Positions 8,630 through 18,251 of a stretch of 64,000 bases of DNA are shown here, piece after piece; the stretch's first letter is position 1; each line of letters opens with the position of its first letter. The DNA comes from Alphaproteobacteria bacterium (lineage in GTDB: Bacteria > Pseudomonadota > Alphaproteobacteria > RF32 > CAG-239). The notes under the pieces were generated by a model. That model saw only the letters and a list, made by a program, of their open reading frames with translations. It searched no databases and had not been told where the DNA came from. The translations under genes and the position numbers were made by a program. The stretch is taken from NCBI GenBank assembly GCA_900767645.1, contig CAAFZY010000005.1:28986-92985 (forward strand), written 5' to 3'.

Positions 8630-9916
8630 TTATGATTGGCCGGTTTGGTGTTTGGCCAGATATTTAACTGAAATTATGCCGGGGATGCTGAATGCTGCGG
8701 CAATTATAAAAAATATCGGCCATGAAACCAGTTGTGCCAACAGTCCGCTGGTTGCCGAAAATACGTCGCGTGCCAGACTCATCAGCGATGACAACAGGGC
8801 GTACTGCGTGGCGGTGTACAGAACGTTGCATAATGACGAGATGTAAGCAACAAAAGCGGTGGTTGCCATACCGGACGAAAAATTTTCAAGCGTGATAACA
8901 ACGGTCAAGAGCGGCACATTGTGACCGGCAAGGGCTTGCAGACTGAACAGCAAAGTGGTTAAGCCCTGAATAAATCCGCATAAATATAAGCCTTTAAATA
9001 AACCGATTTTTTTGAGCAACACTCCGCCGAAAAGGCCGCCGGCAATGGTTGCCGCCATGCCATAAATTTTGATAACATACGCAATTTCGGCTTTGGAAAA
9101 GCCCATGTCATCATAAAACGGAAACGACATCGGGGCAAAATAAGCGTCGCTCATACGGTAAATAAAAATCAAGAAGATAATCAGCGGCCAATGTTCGTGT
9201 TTGGTAAAATCTTGAAGAGGAGCTTTAACCGAATGAGTGAAAAATTCTGATACGCGAGTGCGAATCGGTTTATGCGAATCGGTGATGTATTTAAATCCGG
9301 TATCAGGCTCTTTAATCAGCAACAAGGTAATAAAACCGATAACGGAGCCTGACGCCATAATCATATATACATTGTTCCAGCTCATTATGGCAGCGAGCCA
9401 CAACGCGCCGGCGCCGGAAAAAATTAAGCCGAGGCGATACCCCAAAACAAATACTGCCGCGCCGGAGGCTTGTTCGTTGGGAGTGTCTTTAAATGTTTCA
9501 ACCCGATAGGCATCAAGAATAATATCAAGAGATGCCGACGAAAAACATACCGCAGCCGCGCAAACCCAAATTAAGCGATGTTGGTATTCGGGATTAACCG
9601 CACTCATGGCCATAACAGCCAAAAACAGCAAAATTTGCATTAAAAGCCCCCAACTGCGGCGGCGTCCTAAGCGCCATAACAGCGGAAGTTTGACATTGTC
9701 GAGCAAAGGTGACCACACCCACTTAAAAGCATACGGAATTTTTACAAGCGAAAAAGCGCCGATGGCGGCATAAGTCCAGCCGGCTTCTTTAAGCCATAAA
9801 CTTAAAGTGCTGAACACCAGCAAAAACGGAAAGCCGCTCGCAAAACCCAAAGCGGTTAAAGCCGCCATTTTGCGGTTGAAGTAAATTTTATATATGTTTT
9901 TTAATTTGCTTATCAT
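8630..9916 (-). CDS. ampG: muropeptide permease AmpG (MFS)
   Basis: An AmpG signature in the N-terminal half (FPFLLVFSTL ... KWVWSPLLD ... GRRRSWGLL) and multiple TM segments. Confidence 0.7.
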   Translation of the reverse strand: MISKLKNIYKIYFNRKMAALTALGFASGFPFLLVFSTLSLWLKEAGWTYAAIGAFSLVKIPYAFKWVWSPLLDNVKLPLLWRLGRRRSWGLLMQILLFLAVMAMSAVNPEYQHRLIWVCAAAVCFSSASLDIILDAYRVETFKDTPNEQASGAAVFVLGYRLGLIFSGAGALWLAAIMSWNNVYMIMASGSVIGFITLLLIKEPDTGFKYITDSHKPIRTRVSEFFTHSVKAPLQDFTKHEHWPLIIFLIFIYRMSDAYFAPMSFPFYDDMGFSKAEIAYVIKIYGMAATIAGGLFGGVLLKKIGLFKGLYLCGFIQGLTTLLFSLQALAGHNVPLLTVVITLENFSSGMATTAFVAYISSLCNVLYTATQYALLSSLMSLARDVFSATSGLLAQLVSWPIFFIIAAAFSIPGIISVKYLAKHQTGQS

Positions 9917-9965
9917 AAAACAAATTAAAACACCGAATCGTTTAAATTAGGGTTAAAGCGGACAT

Positions 9966-9992
9966 TAAAAAAGCTCCCGAACGGGAGCTTAA
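9966..9992 (-). terminator. intrinsic terminator (hairpin plus T-run) for the minus-strand lipoprotein gene
   Basis: gctcccgaacgggagc hairpin flanked by A/T runs. Confidence 0.5.
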
Positions 9993-9995
9993 ATT

Positions 9996-10604
9996 TTAAT
10001 ATTCGGTAATGTCGTTGTTGTTTTTAACATACATATTTAAGTATTGGTGAATGTTTTGTTCCATACGCATGTTAAATTCGTCAAAGAGCTTATAAACCAT
10101 TTCGTTCCAGTATTTTTCTTTATCTTCAATGCTAGTGTCAATCGGCATGGTCAGCTCGCGCCATGCTTCAATAGAAGTTTGCGCTTGCGATTGCCCGTTG
10201 GCGGAACTGATTTTTAACACTACCGACAAAGTTGCGCGGTATTTTAAGTTATCTTTGTAAAACAGCTGCGGGGCTTTTTCTTCCGTTTCGGTAACGCTGG
10301 CGTCTTTGATTATAAATTCAGCCACACGGTTAGATGAAAAGTCGACCGCTTCCAACCGGTCGTGCGCCCAGATGCGAGCGGTTTTTTCAATAGAAATCGG
10401 GAACAGATGCTCAACGTTCGGACGGGTAAAAGACGGGGTAAATTCAGAAATAACGTCAATTTTGCCAACCTGAAGTTCAATTTTTGGTTTGTTATCAAAG
10501 CGTGGTTCGGTAAAGCGGCGCGGTTCGGCAACATCTGTTTGACCGGCGCAAGCGCTGATTAACAAAACGGCGACAGCCGCAAAAAATTTATATAATCTGT
10601 TCAT
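9996..10604 (-). CDS. lipoprotein, hypothetical
   Basis: Signal peptide with a lipobox (LLISAC). Confidence 0.5.
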   Translation of the reverse strand: MNRLYKFFAAVAVLLISACAGQTDVAEPRRFTEPRFDNKPKIELQVGKIDVISEFTPSFTRPNVEHLFPISIEKTARIWAHDRLEAVDFSSNRVAEFIIKDASVTETEEKAPQLFYKDNLKYRATLSVVLKISSANGQSQAQTSIEAWRELTMPIDTSIEDKEKYWNEMVYKLFDEFNMRMEQNIHQYLNMYVKNNNDITEY

Positions 10605-10696
10605 TTTTCTAATCCGTTGTTTTTAGCTAAAAAGTTTGTCTTTAAGTTAAGATAAACTTTATTTAATACAAAATTTGCGCTTATGCAAGCACTTAA

Positions 10697-11623
10697 TTAG
10701 TGTTTTAGCAATTCGTTTTTATCAAAAACGTATTTTTCGGAGCAAAAACTGCAGGTCGCGGTAATTTTGCCGTCGTCTTCCGCCATGGAATTAATTTCTT
10801 CAGGCTTAAAGGCGCTTAAAGTGCCGAGTAATTTTTCACGACTGCAACGGCAACCGAAAGAATAAGCTTTTTCGCGTCCGATTTGCAGGTTGCTGCTGTG
10901 GAACAGGCGGTGCAAAATTTTAGGCGTTGATAAATCGGCGTTAAACATCTCGTCATCGGTTAAACTGCCGACAAAAACTTCAGCCTCATTCCAAAGTTCT
11001 TTAACCGCTTCTTCATCAAGATTTTGCTCATTGCCGCCTTTGAGCGGAACTTTTTGCATTAAAATTCCGGCGGCTTGCCAACTTTGACTTTCGCCCTCGG
11101 GGTGCTTTACAAAAAGTTTTAAGATGGTGTCAATTTGTTCCGATTGCTTAAAATAACGCAAAGCGAGTTCGGTTAAGGTTTTTCCTTGCAGGTCAACCAC
11201 GCCCTGATAGGTTTCGGTTTCATGTCCTTGGTCAATGGTAAACGCCATATATCCGCCGCCGACAAGGTGCGGAAGCTCCTCAATTATATCGCCGGTTTTG
11301 CGGAGCTTTTTGGCCTCAGCCAATTTTTGCTCGTCAAATTTGGCGCAAGCGCGGATTTTGCCCTCAGAGGTAACGTCGGCAACCAAAACCGAGACCGGTC
11401 CGTTGCCTTGAATTTGTAAGGTAAACAGCCCGTTATATTTTAGGGCGTCGGCAAGCAAAACCGACAAAGCCGTGGTTTCGGCCAAAGCCGAAGAAACATC
11501 TTGCGGATAATTGTGCTTGCCCAAAATGGTTTGCAAAACATCGTTCAAGCGAACAACCCGCCCCATAAAAGCGCCGTTGTTGGTGTAAAAAGATACACAA
11601 GTGTCAAAATTTTTATTGGTCAA
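10697..11623 (-). CDS. hslO: redox-regulated chaperone Hsp33
   Basis: C-terminal CRCS...CSFCS zinc centre and Hsp33 length. Confidence 0.85.
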   Translation of the reverse strand: MTNKNFDTCVSFYTNNGAFMGRVVRLNDVLQTILGKHNYPQDVSSALAETTALSVLLADALKYNGLFTLQIQGNGPVSVLVADVTSEGKIRACAKFDEQKLAEAKKLRKTGDIIEELPHLVGGGYMAFTIDQGHETETYQGVVDLQGKTLTELALRYFKQSEQIDTILKLFVKHPEGESQSWQAAGILMQKVPLKGGNEQNLDEEAVKELWNEAEVFVGSLTDDEMFNADLSTPKILHRLFHSSNLQIGREKAYSFGCRCSREKLLGTLSAFKPEEINSMAEDDGKITATCSFCSEKYVFDKNELLKH

Positions 11624-11690
11624 TTTTTTAATCCTTTGTATTATACTTTCAGTTATGTTGTAATCTAGTGTAAAATGAAAGAGTTTTCAA

Positions 11691-12248
11691 GTGTCAGATT
11701 TTGAAGAACAGCCTCGCAAGCCGAAAGCATTGCGCAAAATTACCAAGCAAAGGCTTAAAAATGTAGGTTTATATTACTTAAAGCGCTTTGAGTCGTCGGA
11801 GGATAATTTAAGGCAGGTGTTGCGGCGGCGGGTGAATGATTACGCTTATTATAATCCGGATTTTAACAAAACGGAGGCATACGGCTGGATAGAAGAAGTT
11901 TTAAGCGATTTTACCGGTTGGAAATATATTGACGATGAGCGATATGCCTCGCTTAAAGCGCGCGATTACTTAAATGCCGGAAAGCCTGAGCGCTACATTA
12001 AAGCTAAGCTCAAGCAAAAAGGGGTTGATGAAAACATAATTGCCGAAGTTTTAAGCAAGCAGGAATATGACTCCAAAGAAATGGCGCTTAACTTTGCCAA
12101 AAAGAAAAAAATCGGTCCGTTTCGCCCCGATGAAGAAAGCCGCAAGCTTAATCGGCAAAAAGATATGGGAACATTAATCCGCGCCGGCTTTGACTATGAC
12201 ACGGCGGCAGAGGTTTTAGGTGAGGAATTGTTTGGCGGAGAATACTAA
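11691..12248 (+). CDS. recX: RecA regulator RecX
   Basis: YIDDERYA...GxxRIxxELxxKGI-like repeats and a RecX-like C-terminus. Confidence 0.65.
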   Translation: MSDFEEQPRKPKALRKITKQRLKNVGLYYLKRFESSEDNLRQVLRRRVNDYAYYNPDFNKTEAYGWIEEVLSDFTGWKYIDDERYASLKARDYLNAGKPERYIKAKLKQKGVDENIIAEVLSKQEYDSKEMALNFAKKKKIGPFRPDEESRKLNRQKDMGTLIRAGFDYDTAAEVLGEELFGGEY

Positions 12249-13159
12249 TGGATAAAATGCTCGCGGCATTTTTTGAGTTTGTGTTTGACCGGCAGGCGGT
12301 TTGGCATAAGCGCACGGCTTTAGGGTTGCCGGCGCCGTGGACGGACGATAATATTTTGCAAAATTTCAGGTTTTGCAATGTGTATCGCGAACTTGACGGC
12401 GGAACGATTGCCATCGGCAAATATTTGGCGCAGCCGCTGCCGGCGGAGCAAAAGTTGTTTAATATTATTGCGTACCGCTTTTTTAATCGGCGTGACACAA
12501 TTGAAAATTTGTTCGGAGGGCTGCTTTCAGAGCAAAATTTTGACTTTAAAACCTTGGAAAAGCGTTTTGACGCTAAAAAGAAAGAAGAAAACATTTTCTC
12601 AAACGCATATTTGATTACGGCGCACGCCTATAACCGCAATTACCGTCCGCAAGACAAGCATGTGCAAATTTTGCTGATGCTGAATGATTTGCGCTTTAAG
12701 CTGAAAGATATAATCAAAACTCTGCACGAATCGGCACCGCAAGAGGGTTTGCGGATTATTGCCGAGGCAGTGCCGATGGCGGGGCCGTTTTTGGCGGGGC
12801 AGATTTTGCTTGACGCAACATACGCTAAAAACATTGTGCCCTATACCGCGAATGATTTTTTAATTGTGGGTCCGGGGGCGCATTGGGGACTTAACATAAT
12901 TTGCGGGCGCGCGCTTAATAAAAAAGAGGCAGATGCGGAATGTCGCAAATTGTGGCAAATGCAACCGCAGGCGTTTGCAGAGCTTAAACAAACGACCGAC
13001 AAAGACTGGAACGAGGTCAGATGGCAAAACGAATCGTATTGCGGCGGCAAGTATTTATGTTTGCACGATGTGCAAAACAGCTTGTGCGAATTTAGAAAAT
13101 ATTGGCGATTAAAACAAGGCGAAAACGCCAAAAGGCGTTATTTTAAGCCGACAAATTAA
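12248..13159 (+). CDS. conserved uncharacterised protein, translationally coupled to recX (TAATGG overlap)
   Basis: 303 aa with FRFCNVYRELDGGT and VGPGAHWGLNI motifs. No confident family assignment. Confidence 0.5.
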   Translation: MDKMLAAFFEFVFDRQAVWHKRTALGLPAPWTDDNILQNFRFCNVYRELDGGTIAIGKYLAQPLPAEQKLFNIIAYRFFNRRDTIENLFGGLLSEQNFDFKTLEKRFDAKKKEENIFSNAYLITAHAYNRNYRPQDKHVQILLMLNDLRFKLKDIIKTLHESAPQEGLRIIAEAVPMAGPFLAGQILLDATYAKNIVPYTANDFLIVGPGAHWGLNIICGRALNKKEADAECRKLWQMQPQAFAELKQTTDKDWNEVRWQNESYCGGKYLCLHDVQNSLCEFRKYWRLKQGENAKRRYFKPTN

Positions 13160-13638
13160 ATTTTGGGCGAATTGCGAAAGTGCGCGTGTGTAATGGCAAT
13201 TGCCAAAGCGTCAGATGAATCGTTGTTTTGGGGTTTGCAACCGGGGAGCAAAATTTTAACCATGGTTTCAACTTGGTCTTTGGCGGCGCGTCCTACTCCG
13301 ACTGTGGCTTTTTTAACTTTGTTAGGCTCATACTCGTAAAGCGGAATGTTATAAGTTCCGGGAGCGAGTACAACCACGCCGCGCGCCATACTTAGTTTGA
13401 TGGTGGAGTTAGGGTTGGAGTTTAAGAAAATTACCTCAATAGAGGCTTCATCGGGTTTATAGGTTTCAATAACCTCGCAAACGGCGTGGTATAAACGGTC
13501 AAGACGTTGCTCAATCGGCAGTTTTGGGTCGGTCGGAATAAAACCGTCTGCGATATAACGCAGACGGTTGTTTTCCGTTTCAATAACGCCCCAACCGGTA
13601 GAGGAAAGACTGGGGTCAAGACCTAAAATTTTTACCAA
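13156..13638 (-). CDS. ruvC: Holliday junction resolvase RuvC
   Basis: ILGLDPSL...GWGV N-terminus and RuvC length. Confidence 0.85.
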   Translation of the reverse strand: MVKILGLDPSLSSTGWGVIETENNRLRYIADGFIPTDPKLPIEQRLDRLYHAVCEVIETYKPDEASIEVIFLNSNPNSTIKLSMARGVVVLAPGTYNIPLYEYEPNKVKKATVGVGRAAKDQVETMVKILLPGCKPQNNDSSDALAIAITHAHFRNSPKI

Positions 13639-13643
13639 ATTTA

Positions 13644-14399
13644 TTACTCTTTTGCAAGTTCAGCCAAAATCGAATCGGCAATTTCAGCGTTGTGATAAAC
13701 GTGCTGAACATCGTCGTCTTCTTCTAAGGCGTCAATAAAGTCTAAAAACTTTTGAGCGGTTTCGAGGTCGTTGATTTCTGATTTAACGGTCGGTTTCCAG
13801 TCAAGACGCGAAACCGACGGGGTGCCGAATTGTTTTTCAAGAGCTTCGGTTACAGCGGCCAAATCATCAGGTAAGGTTTCAATTTCATGGTATTCGTCAT
13901 CTGAAACAACATCATTGGCGCCGGCTTCAAGAGCGGCTTCAAACATTTTGTCGGCTTCAGCGGCTGAGGCAGGATACTGAATATGACCAATGCGTTCAAA
14001 GTTAAAAGCAACGGAGCCGCTTTCGCCCATGGCGCCGCCACGTTTGCCGAAAATGGTGCGAACGTTGCCGGCTGTGCGGTTTTTGTTATCGGTTAAAGCT
14101 TCAACGATAACCGCGGCTTTGTTAGGAGCAAAGCCCTCATAACGCATGGTAACAAAGTCGGCGCCGCCTGCGGTTTGGGTGGCTTTGGCAATAGCGCGTT
14201 CAATGTTATCTTTAGGCATGCTTTCAGCGCGGGCAGCCTGAATGGCTAATCTTAACCGCGGGTTTTTATCAGGCTCGGGCAGGCCGCTTTTGGCGGCAAC
14301 GGTAATTTCACGAGCGAGTTTGGCAAAAACGCGGGCTTTTTTGGCATCTTGCGCGCCTTTGCGGTACATAATGTTTTTAAATTGGGAATGTCCGGACAT
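13644..14399 (-). CDS. yebC: YebC/PmpR-family transcriptional regulator
   Basis: MSGHSQFKNIMYRKGAQDAKKA N-terminus, as in YebC. Confidence 0.85.
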   Translation of the reverse strand: MSGHSQFKNIMYRKGAQDAKKARVFAKLAREITVAAKSGLPEPDKNPRLRLAIQAARAESMPKDNIERAIAKATQTAGGADFVTMRYEGFAPNKAAVIVEALTDNKNRTAGNVRTIFGKRGGAMGESGSVAFNFERIGHIQYPASAAEADKMFEAALEAGANDVVSDDEYHEIETLPDDLAAVTEALEKQFGTPSVSRLDWKPTVKSEINDLETAQKFLDFIDALEEDDDVQHVYHNAEIADSILAELAKE

Positions 14400-14502
14400 T
14401 ATTATCTCCTTTAAACTTCGTAATTAATTGTAAAGTGCTTATAACGCAAGCCGCGTTTTCAGGCAATATTTTTTTTAAAAAATTGCAATTTTTTATGCGC
14501 AT

Positions 14503-15297
14503 TTAGGCTTCATTACCGGCAAGCTCGCCTTTGAGGAGCAAAAATTCAGGTGTTTTAGCGCCGAAATTTTTGTAACGATTCATTAAAGCGACCGCCTCTT
14601 CATCGATTTCAGGAACGGCAAAGCCTGATTTTTCTTTTGTCGGCTCGGCTTTTTTGCTTTCGGTTGCGGGTTCTGGAGCAGAAGCCTCATCTTCTTTGGT
14701 GCGGTCGACTTTGATTTCAGCCGGAGTTTTCAAGATTTTATCCAAAATATCTTGAGTTTCTTTAGAGCGGCGATTGGTAAACACAATGTTTTGCTTATCG
14801 GCCGGAAGTAAGTCTAAAATTTTTTCAAGACTGGCCAGTTGGTGCTTCTTTTTAATCAGGTTAATATCGTCAACCACCAAAATATTGACCGCAGAAAGGT
14901 CGATTTTGCCTTCAGCGGCAATTTCAAGCAACAAATCAGGCGCGGCAATAATAACGTTGGCTTCGGAATTAACATCATCAGAGTTTTCAGACAATGCCTG
15001 TTCGCTGAACTCGTGATATTTGTTAAATATGGCCAAACGGTCGGAAACTTTAACCGCTTGCGCCGAATCAGCGGTGATGATTAAAATGTTTTGACCCTGC
15101 CGGCGAGAAATTATATCAATCAACGGAAAAACATATGAGCAGGTTTTGCCGCAGCGCCCCGGCGCAATGGTGAAAATGTCTTTTCCTTCCAAAACAGAGG
15201 GAATGACATCGTTCTGAACGGTGGTCGGGCGTTTTATGCCCATTTCTTCAATGGCGCGAATGGTTTGTTCGCTTAAACCTAAATCTTTAAAAGTCAT
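14503..15297 (-). CDS. degenerate DEAD-box-like protein (N-terminal RecA domain only)
   Basis: Has a Q-motif context and Walker A APGRCGKT. DEAD is replaced by VDDI(N), SAT by FTN, and helicase domain 2 is absent. The tail is acidic. Confidence 0.55.
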   Translation of the reverse strand: MTFKDLGLSEQTIRAIEEMGIKRPTTVQNDVIPSVLEGKDIFTIAPGRCGKTCSYVFPLIDIISRRQGQNILIITADSAQAVKVSDRLAIFNKYHEFSEQALSENSDDVNSEANVIIAAPDLLLEIAAEGKIDLSAVNILVVDDINLIKKKHQLASLEKILDLLPADKQNIVFTNRRSKETQDILDKILKTPAEIKVDRTKEDEASAPEPATESKKAEPTKEKSGFAVPEIDEEAVALMNRYKNFGAKTPEFLLLKGELAGNEA

Positions 15298-15557
15298 GGT
15301 ATACCTTAAAATATTGATTAAAATTAGTGTGATAGTATAACTTTTGCGTTTTAAGTCAAGGGAGATGTTAAAAAATTAAACAAATTAAAGGTTTTTTAAC
15401 AAAGGTGCGGATATGCTCCGTGGTGAATGTATTGCAAAGTCTTTATTTTAAGAAAGATATATATCTTGCACTTATGACTAAAGATAGGCTTGTTTAGAGG
15501 GCTGTTTTGCAGTATAGTTTAACTTGTAAACAAGAATATTTTTTAGGGGAAAATATT

Positions 15558-16211
15558 ATGAAACACATTAATGAAAACGGTCGTTCCATGGTTGAAATGC
15601 TCGGCGTGCTTGCTATTATCGGCGTTTTGTCAGTAGGCGGTATTGCTGGTTATTCAAAAGCTATGAACAAATATAAAATCAACAAAACTACCGATCAGGT
15701 TTCAATGCTCGTTGCTAACCTTCGTACTTTGTTCTCTTCACAGGGTAACTATGCCGGTTTGACCAATGCTCAAGCTAAAAAATTCGGTGTTGTTCCGAAT
15801 GATATGTACACTTCAGTATCAGGTGACAGTATTAAAAACGCTTTCGGCGGCGATGTTACTATTGCTGCTGATAAAGCAAGAAACGGCGATGCCAGCAGCA
15901 ATGAAGCTTTCACCATCAGATATGACGGTTTGTCTTCAGAAGCTTGCGTTACTGTTTCTACCGGTGACTGGGGTTCAGGTCAGGCTTCCGGCTTGATTGC
16001 TCTCGGTGCAGGTGAAACAGCAACTTTGACTACTGCAATGATGACCGCTTTAATGACAGATGGCGGAACTCCGGCAGCTGCTGCTAAAGTAGTTACAGCG
16101 CAACCTGGTGATGCCAACGTTCCGACTCCGATTACCGTAAGCCAAGCTGTTGCCGCTTGTGATGGTGGCTCTAACAACTCTTCTTACTCTGTAATGTGGA
16201 AGTACTACTAA
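15558..16211 (+). CDS. type IV pilin-like protein, paralog 1
   Basis: Prepilin-type N-terminus NENG|RSMVEMLGVLAIIGVLSV with Glu at +5. An RBS (AGGGGA) precedes the ATG at 15558. Confidence 0.65.
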   Translation: MKHINENGRSMVEMLGVLAIIGVLSVGGIAGYSKAMNKYKINKTTDQVSMLVANLRTLFSSQGNYAGLTNAQAKKFGVVPNDMYTSVSGDSIKNAFGGDVTIAADKARNGDASSNEAFTIRYDGLSSEACVTVSTGDWGSGQASGLIALGAGETATLTTAMMTALMTDGGTPAAAAKVVTAQPGDANVPTPITVSQAVAACDGGSNNSSYSVMWKYY

Positions 16212-16237
16212 TCTTATAGGTTTGTATGTAAGTACAA

Positions 16238-16270
16238 AAAGGCTCTTGCTTAACGGCAAGAGCCTTTTAA
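16238..16270. terminator. bidirectional intrinsic terminator between pilin-1 and aspS
   Basis: aaaaaggctcttgcttaacggcaagagcctttt; a second hairpin lies at 16310-16333. Confidence 0.55.
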
Positions 16271-16352
16271 TTTGTCTGAATTTGCATAGAGGCAGATGTT
16301 GAGGCAAAATAAAACCGCTCAGATGAGCGGTTTTATAAGTTTTTGATAACGG

Positions 16353-18119
16353 TTATTTTTCATCTAAATCAAGCTTAATGTGCAATTCTTTAAGCTGTTT
16401 TTCAGTGACAGTGTTGGGCGCCTGCATCATTAAGTCTTGCGCTTTGCCGTTGAGCGGAAAGATAATTACGTCGCGGATAATCGGCTCGTCAAGCAGGAGC
16501 ATAACCGTGCGGTCAATTCCCGGAGCGCCGCCGGCGTGCGGAGGAGCGCCGTATTTAAAGGCATTAATCATGCCGCCGAACTTGTTATCAACCACGCTGT
16601 GGTCATAACCGGCGATTTCAAACGCTTTGTACATAATTTCAGGCTTGTGGTTGCGAACCGCGCCGGAAGCAAGCTCAACCCCGTTGCAAACCATATCGTA
16701 TTGATAAGCCAAAATTTCAAGCGGGTGCTTGTTTTGCAAAGCGTCCATACCGCCTTGCGGCATAGAGAACGGATTGTGCGAAAATTCAATTTCGCCGGTT
16801 TCGTCATTTTCTTCATACATCGGAAAATCAACAATCCAGCAGAGTTTGAACGAGTTGTAGTCAAACAGGCCTAATTCTTCACCGATTTTGTTGCGAAGTT
16901 TGCCGGCAAATTTGTTCAAAACTTTTTCGGCGCCGCCCGTAAAGATAACCGCGTCGCCTTCGTTTACTCCGTATAAGGCTTTGAGCTCGGCCATTTTTTC
17001 AGCTGAAAAATATTTGGCAATGCCTTTAGGACCGTTTGCGGAAAGGGCAACATAAGCAATTCCGCCCATGTTTTCTTCTTTGGCGTAAGCGTCAAGCTTG
17101 TCAAAGAATGAGCGGGGTTTGTCACCTGCTTTGGGCGCAAAAATGGCGCGGATTTTTTCACCGGCGATAACTTTGGAATCGTAAACGCCGAAGCCGGAGT
17201 TGTAAAAGAACGAGGTTGCGTCTTGAATAATAAGCGGGTTGCGCAAGTCAGGCTTATCGGAGCCGTATTTTAACATTGACTCTTTAAACGGAATGCGGAT
17301 AAACGGAGCCTGATCAACTTTTTTGCCGCCCGAAAATTTGTTAAAAATGCCGCCCATGGTGTGTTCTAAAACTTTAAACACATCTTCCTGAGTGGCAAAA
17401 GACATTTCCATATCAAGCTGATAAAATTCGCCGGGGCTGCGGTCAGCGCGCGGGTCTTCATCGCGGAAACAGGGAGCAATTTGAAAATAACGGTCAAAGC
17501 CCGAAACCATAAGCAACTGCTTAAACTGTTGCGGGGCTTGCGGCAGAGCGTAAAACTTGCCGGGGTTAATACGTGACGGAACCAAAAAGTCACGCGCGCC
17601 TTCAGGAGATGACGCGGTTAAAATCGGGGTTTGATATTCGGTAAAGCCTTGTTCGGTCATTAAGCGGCGCATTTCAGCAATAACCTTGGAGCGCAAAATA
17701 ATGTTGTTGTGAATGCGTTCTTTGCGCAAGTCAAGAAAACGATACTTTAAGCGCAGTTCTTCCGGCGCGTCGTCTTCGCCGAAAACCTGAATCGGCAAAA
17801 CATCGGCTTCAGAATATACGGTTAAGGCTGATACTTTAACTTCAATATCGCCGGTCGGCATATTTTTGTTGACGCTTTCGCGGGCAACAACGTCGCCCTC
17901 AAAGCCGACAACGCTTTCAACCCTGATGTTTTCAATTTTTTCAAACAAATCGGAAGAAGAATCCACCACACATTGGGTTAAACCGTAATGATCTCGTAAA
18001 TCAACAAAGCACAGGTTGCCTAAGTTGCGTTTACGATGTATCCAGCCGGCGAGCTTAACTTTTTTGCCGACATCGGAACTGCGGAGCTCTCCGCAAGTGT
18101 GAGTGCGGTATTCGTTCAT
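16353..18119 (-). CDS. aspS: aspartyl-tRNA synthetase
   Basis: 588 aa with class II aaRS motifs and an AspRS anticodon-binding N-terminus. Confidence 0.9.
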   Translation of the reverse strand: MNEYRTHTCGELRSSDVGKKVKLAGWIHRKRNLGNLCFVDLRDHYGLTQCVVDSSSDLFEKIENIRVESVVGFEGDVVARESVNKNMPTGDIEVKVSALTVYSEADVLPIQVFGEDDAPEELRLKYRFLDLRKERIHNNIILRSKVIAEMRRLMTEQGFTEYQTPILTASSPEGARDFLVPSRINPGKFYALPQAPQQFKQLLMVSGFDRYFQIAPCFRDEDPRADRSPGEFYQLDMEMSFATQEDVFKVLEHTMGGIFNKFSGGKKVDQAPFIRIPFKESMLKYGSDKPDLRNPLIIQDATSFFYNSGFGVYDSKVIAGEKIRAIFAPKAGDKPRSFFDKLDAYAKEENMGGIAYVALSANGPKGIAKYFSAEKMAELKALYGVNEGDAVIFTGGAEKVLNKFAGKLRNKIGEELGLFDYNSFKLCWIVDFPMYEENDETGEIEFSHNPFSMPQGGMDALQNKHPLEILAYQYDMVCNGVELASGAVRNHKPEIMYKAFEIAGYDHSVVDNKFGGMINAFKYGAPPHAGGAPGIDRTVMLLLDEPIIRDVIIFPLNGKAQDLMMQAPNTVTEKQLKELHIKLDLDEK

Positions 18120-18251
18120 TTTTTCCTCAATAAAATGTTAAAACAACTTTTTCAGTTGTAGAGCTCTTTTCAGATAAAAGCAACAATAAAATTAAAAAAA
18201 TATTAAGCAATCGGAACTATCTTGAAAAAGAAGGTATTAAAAGGAAAAACA

